A DNA stretch of 64,000 bases, taken from Moniliella sp. 'wahieum' (Eukaryota). The position numbers were made by a program, and so were the translations under genes. Below the pieces are notes generated by a model. The model searched no databases and was not told the origin of the DNA. It saw only the letters and a list, made by a program, of their open reading frames with translations. The stretch is taken from positions 62,001 through 126,000 of the forward strand of contig RSEE01000002.1 in assembly GCA_003971905.1 (NCBI GenBank). Direction: 5' to 3'. Shown here piece after piece: positions 1 to 12,225 of this stretch (positions within the stretch are counted from its first letter, which is position 1; every line of letters begins with the position of its first letter).

Positions 1-2452
1 CGGGCCCAGCCGCAGTAAGCACAGCGGAAGCGGGCGTGTGGGTCTTGGCGGTGGAGACTACGTACTCGAGCACGTTGGACGCGAATTTGTGCCGGGCCAG
101 ACGCACAAAGCGGTCCGGTCCGCCGGTCTCATGGGACAATGGATCGGGCGACGACGCCGGGTCCAGCACCAGCCGCAGCACTGTCTCATGATCCGCCATG
201 ATGACCGCTGCTTCCTGCTTGTCCACAGCGGCACTGTCCTTCCCACGCGAAGGGAGCGAGTGAGGCGAGGTGCGTTGGAGCAGCCACTGCACCACATAGT
301 TCCCATACGCGTCTTGCATCAACGTGAGTGCGTTCTCGCGTACTTCGTCCACTAGCGCACGTGTCGTGGCCGAGGGCAGGCGTTCGAACAGACGCTGCAG
401 CACGCGGCATGCATAAGCGTGCGTCGCGAGCACATGAACCCGAGTCAAGAACGCTTGGACCAACGTCGTCAAAGCTGCATCGGCCTCGGCACAAGGCGCA
501 ACCACGCCATCGGCCGAGTCGATCGACGGGGCCAAGACGGCGACAAACTTTTGCAGCACGTGGTTCGCGTTTTGGTCGGTTGCCAAGGTGCGCACATGAT
601 CTTCCGTCGTCTGTGCACCCAGAGAGGAGGCCAACAACAGGCGAACGGCCAAGGAAGCTGCCTGGGGCCGGGTTACATAGTCCAGCGCACGCTGCAGGAC
701 ACGGCAGGCGTAGGTGTGCCGCGCGATGGAGGACAGATCTCCATTCGAAGGGTCCTCCTCCTCTCCCTCGGCCGGTTCCTTCTCTTTCCCTTCACTGGAG
801 GTAAGGAAGCCAAGCGCGACAAGCAAGCTCGTCCGCTGTTCCAAACTCTCCGTGCTCGAGAAGCTTTTGAATTACCTACAGGCCAGAATGAAAAAAGGGT
901 CAGTGGGAATGAAAGAATGCGGACACCAGTGTTGGGAGATCGGCCAAAGGGACCTACATAATTCCAAACACATCATGCATCAGCTTCTTGGCCTGCGGCA
1001 ACACCTCTGCCAAGATGATCGATCGCGCATCCTCGCCTTCGTCCGGTGCTGTGAGTGGGTTGGAAGCGCCGCGGTCCAACGCATCTTGCAGCCGGCGGGA
1101 GCCCAGCTGGTCCTGAGCCATCCGTACCACCTCCCCCTTGAACTGGTCCGGGCGACGGACTCCAGCCGCTCGGGCTGGGTGGGTGGAGGCAGTACGTGGG
1201 AGGGACCATGGTGCGACGCCAAGGGCGTGGGTGCGGGTGGGCTGGAGGATAACCCGGTGGAGCGGCACCAAGAGGAACACCACCAAAGGGAACGAGGGGG
1301 GCTGCCATCGGCGGCCAACCCGCGGGTCCGCCGGAGCGAGAGTGGCGATGCCGACGCCCCGGGGTTCCTTGGTTGTTGGCCCCTTGGCCTTGGCCTTGAC
1401 CTTGGCCTTGGCTTTGGCCGCCCTGCCTAGGCGCATCAATGCCCCAATTGGCGGAGGCCGGGTCCCGGACAATGGGAGCCCAGGGGGGAGGCGGTGGGTG
1501 CGGGAAAGGGTGCGGGTGGTCATTGGTGGAGGGATTTCGGTTGTGGCCGCCAGGGGGACCGCTGGGGACGGGCATGGGTTGTGGGGCAGCACCGGGGGCG
1601 GTGGGAGGCAGGTTGGCCATGACAGGGCCTGGGGACCAAGCGGTTGGATCGGGGTAGGTGGGCACAGCAGGCCATTGCCACGCCCACCATTGTGCTGGGG
1701 GTTGGGGAGAGTAGGGAACGGCGTCGTCACTGGTGGGGGAGCCGATAAGGGGGGAGAGAAGAGCCAGGGGCGGGGGCCAGTAGAGTTCGTTCCCTTCCGA
1801 ACGAGGCGAGCGCGGCCGTGTGGGGTCGGACTGGTCCAGCTGCAGCGCAGGCGGGGCGGCGGGCTCATGGGATACGGGTACATGTTCAATCCGTACCCCA
1901 TCGGAAGCGGCACGACAGGGGTGGAGAGGGTGATGCTCTGGCGCGAACGGCGGCTGGCACGGCGTGGGTGTCGGCCAAACGCGCCAGGCGGGTTGGGACC
2001 GCCGCCGGGATGCGGAGGCAAGGCGGCGACGGGCGGAGGGGAGCTGGCGATGGAGAAGCGGGGCCCAGGATACATGTCGGCCAGCGCACCAGGGCTGAGG
2101 GGGTCGGTGTGCATCGACGCGGTCGGGGGAGCCGGAGCGGGGCGGATGGGGATGGGAGCGGCGGTGGGGGAGATAGCGGCGGCGTCCTGGGTGGCGGGCG
2201 GGGGCGCGGTGGGAGAGTCGGTGGGGCCGGGGGGCGGGGGGGCGGGCTCGGGGGCAAGATTGACGTTGACGCGCAGGCCGAGGCCGGCTTGGGCGGGTGG
2301 AGGGGGGGGGCGCGGCGGCGGGCGGCTGGGCTGGTGCTGGCGCTGGCGCTGGGCCCCGGGCGGGCGGGGGTGGAGGCGCTGCGGACCATGCTGGCTGCGG
2401 ACGTGGCGGGGGAGGAGACGCCGAGCTCGCGTCCACGCTGGGCAAGCGCCAT
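1..2452 (-). CDS. Pumilio/PUF RNA-binding protein, PUF3-like; 3' end beyond window; introns and frameshifts
   Basis: Successive PUF repeats on the minus strand: AQDQLGSRRLQ, HDVFGNY|VIQKLLEHG (intron ~876-957), DQNANHVLQKFV, HAYACRVLQRLFE, QDAYGNYVVQWLL, HKFASNVLEY. Long Pro-rich N-terminus; start approximate. Confidence 0.85.
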
Positions 2453-3293
2453 GGGGGGGGGGGGGGGAGATGGAGGCGGAGGTGGTGGTGGTGGTGGTGT
2501 GGTGGTGGATGAGGACAAGAGAATGCGATGGCTGCGCTGGATGGGCGTGGCGGCGGCGTGGTGGCCTGGTGGCCTCCTGAGACGGCCTGCTGAGGCAGCA
2601 GCTGGCCGCAGCACAAACCTTACAGCTAACCCCTGCCCAACCAAGCGCCGCTTGCAATGTTGCAACTCGCCTGCCCCCTCTCTGCCCGCCCCTGCTGCGT
2701 CTCTCTCAACCAGCACCTGTCTTCGCTTTGGTGTGCTGCCTCCGCAACAGCTGCCTCTCTCCCGCGCTTACATCCGCACCAAGAGGACGTCGGAAGGCCC
2801 CTGGCTGTGACAGCCATCAGCCATCCGGCACAGGGCAGATCCTGTGATCTAGCACCAGAACCGCTTCTACTGCCCTCATTGAGGCACCATACAGATCTTG
2901 CGTAGGATGGGCAATGTGCCCCTCCCCAGCCGGCAACGGATGCAGGAAGGCGGGTGCAGCAGGGCCCGCGGATGGGGTAGATTGGATGGAGAACGCCGCG
3001 TGGCCAATCTATCGTTCGGTCCGATCCAAGATGCGAATGGCGAGGTAGACAGACAATGGCCACGCCTTGGTAAACATGGCTTGCAATTGGGTTCCCAGAT
3101 CTCAGATCCCACTATTCAATCCCCGCATCTCCTCGGCGGAATGCGGGCGCGAGCCAGGTGAATTCCGCCCAGGCGCCCAGCCGACGGCAGGGGCAGGCAG
3201 CGGCTGACGTAATGCGCCGCTGGCCCGGACGCGTCGTCAGCGGGAGGCCGACCGACGGCGGCCGGCTGCCTCCCGCCTCCCACCGAGAGCAGG

Positions 3294-4670
3294 ATGGAAG
3301 AGCTTGGGATCGAGACCACTACTCTCCAGGCCGTCGAGCCTACCCTGACCGATGCGCTCGCCGAGAAGCAGGCGTTGCACCACGAGATGGCCCAGGAGGA
3401 AGACACCTTTTTGCGCTACAAGAAGCTGCAGCGCCACCTCGACTTTCTCAGCACCATGGAAGACTGTGTTGTACGTCGTCGCTTGTCCCCCTCCCCATCC
3501 ACTCCCATCCCTCCACTCCCATCCCATCCCATCCCATCCCATCCCATCTGGTCCGGTCCAGCCACTAACCCTTTCCCCGTCTGCCCTGCATTGCAGAAAG
3601 ACGAGCAGCGCAACTTGAAGCGCGAGCTGATTCGGGCGCAGGAGGAGGTGAAGCGGATCCAGAGTGTGCCCTTGGTCATTGGTCAATTCCTCGAGGCCAT
3701 TGACGAAAACACTGGCATTGTCGGCAGCACCACTGGTCCAACTATGTTGTGCGCATTCTTTCCACCATTGACCGCGAGCTGCTCAAGCCGTCGTCGAGCG
3801 TAGCGCTGCACCGGCACAGCAACTCGCTGGTGGACGTGTTGCCGCCCGAAGCGGATTCGTCGATTGCCATGCTGGGCGAGCACGACAAGCCCACGGAGAC
3901 GTACAACGATGTGGGTGGGCTGGACGTGCAGAAGCAAGAGATTCGGGAAGCGGTCGAATTGCCGCTGACCGAGTTTGACCTGTACAAGCGCATTGGCATT
4001 GATCCTCCACGTGGTGTGCTGCTCTACGGCCCCCCGGGACAGGCAAGACTATGTTGGTGCGGGCCGTGGCCAATGCAACGACCGCTTCCTTCATCCGTGT
4101 CAATGGGTCGGAGTTTGTGCAAAAGTACCTAGGTGAAGGCCGCGGATGGTGGCGCGACGTGTTCCGTTTGGCAAGGGAGAATGCACCGGCCATCATCTTT
4201 ATCGATGAGATTGATGCGATTGCGACCAAGCGATTTGATGCCCAGACGGGCGCGGACCGGGAAGTGCAGCGGATCTTGCTCGAGCTACTGAACCAGATGG
4301 ATGGGTTTGACCAAGATGCCAATGTCAAGGTCATCATGGCCACGAACCGGCCGACACGCTGGACCCTGCCCTGCTCCGTCCCGGTCGACTGGATCGGAAA
4401 ATCGAGTTCCCCAACCCATCGCGTCGGGAGCGGCGACTGATTTTCCAAACCATCACGGGCAAGATGAACTTGGCGCCAGATGTGGACTTGGAGGACTTTG
4501 TCGGTCGCCCCGATCGCATCTCGGCCGCCGACATTGCTTCGATCTGCCAAGCGGCTGGGCTGCAAGCCGTGCGCAAGAACCGCTATGTCATCCTCCCCGC
4601 CGACTTTGAAGAAGCATGGAAGCAGACGGTCAAGAAGGCGGATGCTGGGCGGCTGGACTTCTACCAGTAG
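3294..4670 (+). CDS. RPT3: 26S proteasome AAA-ATPase regulatory subunit 6B
   Basis: [98 protein letters not shown]. Intron 3471-3596; several frameshifts. Confidence 0.96.
3496..3548. repeat. (ATCCC)n microsatellite in RPT3 intron
   Basis: cccatcccatcccatcccatccc run inside the GT..AG intron. Confidence 0.8.
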
Positions 4671-4900
4671 CCGGTTGAGCCTGCTTGGTTTCCTCCTGGG
4701 TGCTGCTGCTTGCTTTCAACGTCAATGTATTCATCCCACATTCCCCGCTTGCGTTGCTTTGCTATGACCAGGATCGACAAGGGCAGGGGGTACTATTTAT
4801 CTAGACTAGATTGTTGGATGTGCAATAATGGCATGGGAGGCTTGTGAATGTGAGCAGCCAGAGGCAAATGGACAAGAGGACAAGGACAGGGAGGGGATCG

Positions 4901-5515
4901 TTACAGATACCTCCGTGCGCTGGCGCGAACGCGCGAATCAAACGAGGCAGACAAGACGGGTGAGGTGGGCTCGCGGAGCGGGTTGAGGTTCAATTTGACC
5001 CACAGTTCCCACACGTCGAGAAAGAAATTGCGAATGCCATCGTCGTGCTTGTGCTCGTGCAAGATGAGGAAGCGCGTGCCGCCCGGGACGACAAGGCGCT
5101 GGTGGACCATTCGTGATCCGATCCACCCCCCGGTAGAGCGCGCCGTCGTACAGCGCCACATCCTCCACCGCATCAGACTGCTGTGCGCAATCATCTGCAA
5201 CGCATCCTTATCGTTGTACCGTCCAAAACTTAATCCGGCGCGCGTTCGCCCACCAGGACTGGCGCCGGCCGTCAAAGCCGTCACGCCGCCGGGCAACGAT
5301 CCCAGTGGCTGGCCAAACCCAAACGGACCCGCCTTCTCCTTCTCTGCCGACACGCCCGCCTTCGACTTGGGATCGGCTCGGTTGGTGCTCGTGCTGGGGG
5401 TGGGGCTGGTGGCCAGGAGCGACGATGGCCCGACCGAGCCGCCTGAGCGCGCGGCCAGGTCGGCCTCGTACAGCGGGTCGTCACGCGGACCGACAATGAC
5501 AAAGTAGTAGCTCAT
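4901..5515 (-). CDS. TRS20: TRAPP complex subunit, sedlin family
   Basis: MSYYFVIVGPRDDPLYEA ... LQMIAHSSL ... RFLILHE..DDGIRNFFLDVWELWVKLNLNP ... FDSRVRASARRYL. Confidence 0.9.
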   Translation of the reverse strand: MSYYFVIVGPRDDPLYEADLAARSGGSVGPSSLLATSPTPSTSTNRADPKSKAGVSAEKEKAGPFGFGQPLGSLPGGVTALTAGASPGGRTRAGLSFGRYNDKDALQMIAHSSLMRWRMWRCTTARSTGGWIGSRMVHQRLVVPGGTRFLILHEHKHDDGIRNFFLDVWELWVKLNLNPLREPTSPVLSASFDSRVRASARRYL

Positions 5516-6026
5516 CGGAGGGCGGGGATGGCGACGCTGCTATTGATGGCGGTTGCGGCGGCTGTTGTGGTTGTTGTTATCGCCGTTGCGGTTTGCGGTT
5601 GTCGTTGTCGTTGTCGTCGTCGTCGTCGTCAGCGCGGGGCGGGGCGGGGCAGGGCACCGTCGAGCTTCAAGCTTCAAGCTTCAAGCTTCACGCGTCACGC
5701 TTGAACGCAGGCGGCGCCCCGTCCCCATCATCCATCACGAGTGGCCCTCACACATCATCCCTCGCCCAAGCCGAGGCGGGCGGAACGGACGGGGGTTCCG
5801 CCCTGGCGCACCACAGGGAAGCCGAGCAGCGGCGAGGAGGAGGGGACGTGGTCACGTGACGCGCGTGATCAGACAACATGCGCAACATGATGGGTGGCGG
5901 CCAATAAAGCGGGCTGCCGACCACACCGCCTTAATTGAGGTAGAGGTACTGTCAGTCCGACCACCTTCGTTCGTTTGGGACCGTTCGCCTGCGCAACTAC
6001 ATGAGGGCACGACGATCTCCTGACTT

Positions 6027-7421
6027 CTACAAGGCAGGTTGTTGGTATGGGTAGGCAGGCATGAATATGAATATGAATATCGACTGAGATCGGTCAGTGT
6101 GCTGCGCCATTTTGGTTCCCGTTGGTCTCCTCTTGTTCTCGACTTTGGATTTCCCGAGCGAGTTGGACCAAGTCTTCGCCGGTAGCCATCGAGGGATCCA
6201 CAACGTCGCGCGGGACCATGTTAGCCGCGTATTTGGGCGCCGCTCCGCCCGCCGCTTGTTGTTCTGCAAAGGACGGATCAGACGCAGCATCGGCCGGCGC
6301 TCCTCCTGCTCTTCCTCATCATCCTGGTCCTGGTCCTGGTCCTGATCCTGGCTCGCGTCGAGATCGGGGAACGGAGAATTGGGGGTGGGGGTGTGTGTTT
6401 GGAGCGTAATGGACGCCTCGGCGTCGAGCGATAGACTAGCCGTCTCGCCCACGGCTCTGTGGCGGAAGTAGCTCGGAAAACGGAGGGCTTCCAACTCGTC
6501 CCAATCAAACAAGAGCGCATCGGTGCGGGGCAGGTAGGGATTGATATCAACAAGAAAGACCGAGGCCATGTTACGGGTCACATACACATCCGCTGCATAG
6601 TCGGCAATGGGCGCGCCCATTGTCGTCGCACCAGCGGACCCGGAGGCGTCGACGGGGGCAGGACGGCGCTTGAGATGGGTCTTCCAAAAGTGAGAGAGGA
6701 GATTGATAAATTCATCTTGCCTCGGTTGAGGCTGGAGGTGTTCGTAGTACACCGTATCCCGCTGGCAAATGGCAACCAACTGGTTGGCCCGGACAAAGAG
6801 GCGGAATTCATGGGAAGGGGGCATGCTGAACCACTTTTTGAGCGTCAGCCATAATGTTGGACGAGTCGGGGTTCCATTTGGCGACTGTGCAGTGTCATCT
6901 GCCTCGGTAGGGGCCGGGAAGGAGGCAAGCTCTTGCGCTTGTTGAATGTCGTTCGTGATGAAGTCACTTGACTTGAGCAGGAGGTACACATCTGAGGGTG
7001 ACATGCACTGGAGGTCGTTCCCGGGTAGCATCCACCCAGCATCCTGAGGGGCACTCCAGTTGAGTTTCGGAAAACACGGCCATCGTATTTGTCGAGGACA
7101 GAGCGGATGTGGCGATTGAGAGGACCAAAATCATAGTGGCGCACGCCAGAGTCGTCCGAGTCGGAGGACGTGTCTGGATCGGGGCCAAGGGTCGTCCCAG
7201 CTCTTGAAGGGCGGCAGTCCCATTCACACCCTCCGCACCTGGGGGGATGTGCAGCCATCCTCCTCGAACCAGTCGAGAAAGTCAGGTTGGAGGGCAGAGA
7301 GGTTGACAACAGTAGCTTTGGGGGAGATGCGCTTGAAGCGGGGGAACCAGTTGTGGAACTCGGTCTGCTCTAGTGCGGTTCGCACAGGAGTGAGAGGGAC
7401 GGGCGAGGTAAGCATAACCAT
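6027..7421 (-). CDS. CDC123: D123/Cdc123 family protein (eIF2 assembly factor)
   Basis: FHNWFPRFKRISPKATVV, DVYLLLKSSDFI, LKKWF..PSHEFRLFVR..LVAICQRD, VFLVDINPY..TDALLFDWDEL, spread over frameshifted frames. 3' end approximate. Confidence 0.88.
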
Positions 7422-7502
7422 GATGATCCGGCGATGGTGGTGGCGATGACAATAGCAATGGCCATGACGGTGGAGGTGGCGGCGGCCTTAGCAATTAACA
7501 GT

Positions 7503-8428
7503 ATGCCCTTCCCGATGCGGGCGACGGCGTTTGTCAAGGGCTCGGTTCAATCTTTCGGGCACTCGGCTGTCTTCGGCTGGATTCCAGTGATAGTGGCAGA
7601 TTTAATTAGTTCGGCCCGAGTGGGCTGCCACCACCTTCCTCAGCTTGATGATGCAGCTCCCAGTCGATCCTCACGACGACGCTGAGCTGTGCATGGCCAT
7701 CCGGGGTCCGGCGCGCCTGACAGCTAGCTGGCATGCGTGTTGGGCTGACCCTCCAGCGTTGATGTGTTTCTGTGCGCACGGCATCCTTCTGCCCCGCCCC
7801 CAAAGCCGCCTCACATGCACTCCCCCTGGCTCGAGCCCATGCCAACCAGCGCGCAGCGCACTGACCAGCTTCGAGTGCGTTCGCCGGACCAGGTCACCGC
7901 CCCGCTGGACGAGGGTGTTGCTTTCTTGTGCGCGTCGCTCGATCAGTCCGCTGGCAGCGATGAGAACGAAGACCTGGACACGATCGGTAACAAGGCGGGA
8001 CGGCTGAGCAATCCCGTTTTTCGGCATTCTCAGGGCCCATCCCACGATCATAAGCATGCTCCCTTGCTCATTTACATCGAGGGGCAGGTGCGCGGCCGAA
8101 TCGTCCGACCTGACGCGCCCGAAGTTGGTTTGGTGGGCATGACGACCCAGGGGGCGGATAAGGAGCTCTTACTGGCTGTCACTGGCTGCTGTCGTCCCTA
8201 CGGATGCCGATCCTCTCTCCGCCGCGAACGAAAGTAGATAAAGGATCTGTCCAGGCCACCCCTAAAGCAGCATCCGCCAAAGCACCCTCGGTGCCAATGA
8301 CGATGATCTCGGCTGGGACTATCACCTACGCGCCAAGTGCTTATACCTACGCCTATGCTCTGCGTTTCTGTTGGAAGCAACCGTTGCGGCCAGATACGGG
8401 AGATCCAGCTCTCGCACACACGTAGTAG
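7503..8428 (+). CDS. hypothetical protein
   Basis: Overlapping + ORFs (7645-8007, 7764-8237, 8204-8425) and a candidate intron with CTGAC..CAG at ~7706-7757. Divergent from CDC123. No recognisable domain. Confidence 0.3.
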
Positions 8429-8628
8429 GCTGAAACAACATGCCAGACCATCTATCAAGACATCCTCCCCAGAACCACCACAGACACACTCGGCGTCACA
8501 TATGAAACAGAACCGACGCGCAAGGAATTGCCCATGTCCCGGGGAGGGGGGAGGAAGCACCGTGCACCGTGCACCGTGCAACGTGCAGGATAGAAAACAA
8601 ACAGACAGAGTATAGGAGGCACCCTGAA

Positions 8629-11178
8629 TCAATTGGCCTCAACCGCAGCTGGAAGGATGCGGTGCAGTGTATCGATGCGGGCGGCGATGGAGGTCAACGT
8701 CTCGAGCGCTTCGGCGGCGTGGGCGGCGGTGACGGTATGGCGCAGTGCATGGGGGTGAGGTGCTTGATCTCGTCAGCCAAGGCCGAGTAGACGTTGCGTT
8801 GGTGGAAATAGGCGTCACCCAGTGGGCAGTGAGGGTATGCAGCCGTGCTTTCTCTCGGGCTGCAGGTGGGCCACAAAGGCCAGGACGGGGTCCATGTCCA
8901 TGCCCGTGTCCATGTCCGTGCCCGTGTCTGTGTCGTTCTCAGCCAACAGGACATCAATCTGGTCCACGAGCGCATCCAGCGCCTTGGCTTCCGCCTCGAC
9001 CTGACGCGCTTCTGCCTCGGCCGCTTCAGCACGCGCCTTGCGTTTACGTTCGGCACGGCGAGCGCGAATGCAGGTGGCACACTTTTTCGGGTCGTGCGTG
9101 TGGTCAATGGCGTGGTCGTCAGCGGCATGGGCAGGGGACGCAGCGGACCGGGCCTCGGCCCCACTCGTATCCATTGACCGACTCAACTCAAGCTGGGAGG
9201 GCACTGAGGTGCTCACTTCATCGCTAGCGACCGACCCGCCGGCCCAATGGTTGGAGGTCAGACTCGAGAGAAACAGGGGGGTAGAGGCGCGATCATCAAG
9301 TGCCAAGAAGGGAGGGGCCGGAGCGTGTCCTGCCAGTGGGCCAAACCGTCTGGATGGCGATACCGGGGGAGACGAGAGACGGCAGGGGCGGAGGGGGAGG
9401 GTGCTAGGGCCGTAGGACGAGCGGGGGAAGAAGCTGCGTGTCTGGAGGTGATGTAGGTGTCTGGCGAGGCAGGCCGAGTGTTGGTCTCGGTGCAGTGTCC
9501 AACGAGGGAAGGCGACGTGGGACTGGCGTTGACACACTCCAATCCCACTAGAGTCGTGGGAAGATTCCTTTGGGCCTTGAGCTCGGCCACATCGTCTTGC
9601 AGCTGACGAACCGCAATACGAAGCCTGGCCACCTCGGCCGTCAAGTCTGCTTCGCGTAGTCGCTCCTCAGGTGTAAACTCAGAAGGTGATTGCGCTGAGT
9701 TGCCGGTCGACATGGCCCGCATAAGGTTTGGGCGGGCGCAGCGTGAGCTGAGAGGCGAGGGGACGAACGAGGGCGATGAGGGCGGTGACACTAGGGAAGT
9801 TGACGGTTTTGTTCTCAGAGCAGAACGAATGGGGGGGTGAAGCTGTTGGTGTAACAGGCAGGACACGTGCCCCCTCATTGCATTCACCGTAGCAATGATC
9901 TCTCTTTTCCGCCAGGGCACGGTGGTGCCGTTTGCGTGCGGGGGAGGGAAGAAGGTGGCAGAGCGTGGGGACCACCGGTTGCGAGACCGGCGGGAAGAGA
10001 GGTGCTGAGCGGCAGTTGGGCCCTATGGTCCCGGAACCATTCGTCACGCGGAGATGAAAGGGAGGGAGGCATAGCACGCGGCGCGCCCACCGCGGGGCCA
10101 ACACGAATAAGAGAGCAGTCAAGCGGATGGGTCAAGGTCGGACCCTGATCCTGATCTTGGCTCTGGGTCTCACTTTGAGCTTGGTCCCCAGCCTGAGCCG
10201 CATGTTTGTCACGCAAGCCAGCGGCGGCAGACTGAAGAGTATTGATCGGAGCGGCCGCTTGAGCATCACGATGAAGCACCTCGGAGGGGTCGTGGAGCAC
10301 ATCAGAGTGAAGCTGGTCCAGCTTGGCTTGAATTTCGTGCAACTGATCGGCACGGAACGAGTCGTGTCCTTGTGGTCGGGACGGAAGCGGGACGTGCTGG
10401 ACATAGAGTCCTTTATCAGGACTGTCCAATGCGTCCGACACGCCGGTGACATTGGGAAGATGAAGACCTTGGAGCGGGATGCCAGCACCAGCGTTGGCAC
10501 CTGAAGGCAGAATCAAGTGATCTGGGAAAGTGCGTCCACCGTCCCATTCGACCGGCTTGATCGATGCGTCGGAGGCCGCACCACGTGCACGCGAAACGGA
10601 GCGGGTAAAAGGACGGACACGGCCGCGGAAACGAAACCGGGCGGCGGCAGCGCCCACCTGAGAGTTCTGGAGAAGCACAGGATCAGGGGAAGAAACAGAA
10701 GGGGAGTCAGAATGGGTATACAGAGAGAAATTAGCCCATTTGAGATGAGCGACAACGGACTTCTTTTTCAGCCATCCGCAAGCGGTCGAAGCTGTCGACG
10801 TGGACGTCGTGGAGCGCAGGACGTGTGGCCGTGCGCGACAAAGTTGCAGAAGGGCTGCGGAAAGCGGCATGGAAGGCGAGGGGCGGGGTTCGCGCAATGC
10901 ATCTGCCCATACTCCGTTGTCTGCGGGCGGGTCCGAGTGGGAGAGATGGGCAGAAATGTTGGAGGTTGGACGGAGCCGGTGGGCAGAGCGGCGGAAGTTG
11001 GGAGAGGGAGAGGGATACGGCGTGGAGGAGGCGAGGAGGGGAAGGCGGGAGAGCGGGTAGCGGCCGCGGGGACCGCGCCGGCGGGGGCGGGGCCCTGCGT
11101 CTTCGCTGGCTTATGGGGCGCTGGCGATGCAGGCGGACATGAGCGGAGAGCGCGGGCGGAGAGGCTCTGGTCTTCCAT
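8629..11178 (-). CDS. Cep57/PPC89-like spindle-pole-body coiled-coil protein (frameshifted)
   Basis: Chain of minus ORFs 10768-11178, 9884-10897, 9258-9920, 8815-9537, 8694-9164. Motifs LHLPNVTGVSDALDSPDK, coiled coil LTAEVARLRIAVRQLQDDVAEL, HDPKKCATC, and C-terminal FHQRNVYSALADEIK...AAHAAEALETL..IAARIDTLHRIL resembling the Cep57 microtubule-binding domain (recognised from memory). Confidence 0.6.
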
Positions 11179-12225
11179 GGCAACTCTTTACTCCAAAAAA
11201 ACAGCAGCAGGTGGTGTGTGTTCAACCGCCATCTTCCACTGCTTTTGGGGGGCAACATCCCATGCCTCTAGTTGAGCAGTATCCACGTCTAGTTGCCGTA
11301 GCCGAGACGCACGCCCAACAGCCCCCGTCAAAAAGCTAAGGGATATATATGACAGAGCCTTAAGCGGCCACATCTACGACGCTTCCTCTCGCTTGTGCCC
11401 CACAACGGCCTACTGTGACATGTGGCACGTGTGATGCATGATGGTTGCGCATCGATCGTTGCTCGGGCAGTTCGTTATACCCTCGGCCATATAAGGCCCG
11501 ATCCTTCCCATAGCCTCCTGTACCTCTCCTCAGAACCACATCCTCCATTCTCCTCCTCCTTCAGCAAAACATCTTGCTCGCCGTCGTGGTGTGGCATAGT
11601 GTCCTCGGGTCGTCATACCCAAAGGGAAGAACTAATGTTCATAACCTTAAGGTGCTTGGCGTTATTGGCGCATTCTGCTTGTTCCAACGCAGCAATCGAA
11701 GCAGCCCCTGCCTGAGGTCTTCCGGCGTTCCCAAGGCGCTTTTGTGGGGCTCTGTGCACCACCCTCCGGTACGCAGACGTGCCGTAATGAAACAGCCAGG
11801 GGGTTTGCAATGTCTGACCTATAAAAGCACGTGCAGCAGCGCCGCCAGAGGCCCGCTAGGGTAACGCCGGTAACGCTTCATCTTAATTTTTAGGTGATTT
11901 TAGGTGATACAGGAAGGTGATGGAACGGTGGGCCGATGGTTACCCGGTTCGGTCGCTCAGCACGGCCGGTAAACATGGGAATTGGTGGACAATGGCACGG
12001 TGGCCCGCTAGTGATATTACCGAGGCTGAACATTCAATGAAAGGGGGCCAAAGGCAGTAAGGAAAACGAAAGAAAGGCAGGGGAAACGAAGTGAGGCGGG
12101 GCGAAGCTTCTTCGAAGGTGCACACAGGGGGGACAGGGAGGAGAAAACAGGGGAGGGACCACATCATGGAGGAGAGGTGAAAGGGATCATCCATCATCCA
12201 TGGACCGGATCCACATCCGACTCGT

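Noticed and set aside
714..2810. Long plus-strand ORFs (238, 480 and 330 aa)
   Set aside because: GC-rich antisense shadows of the Pro-rich PUF gene.
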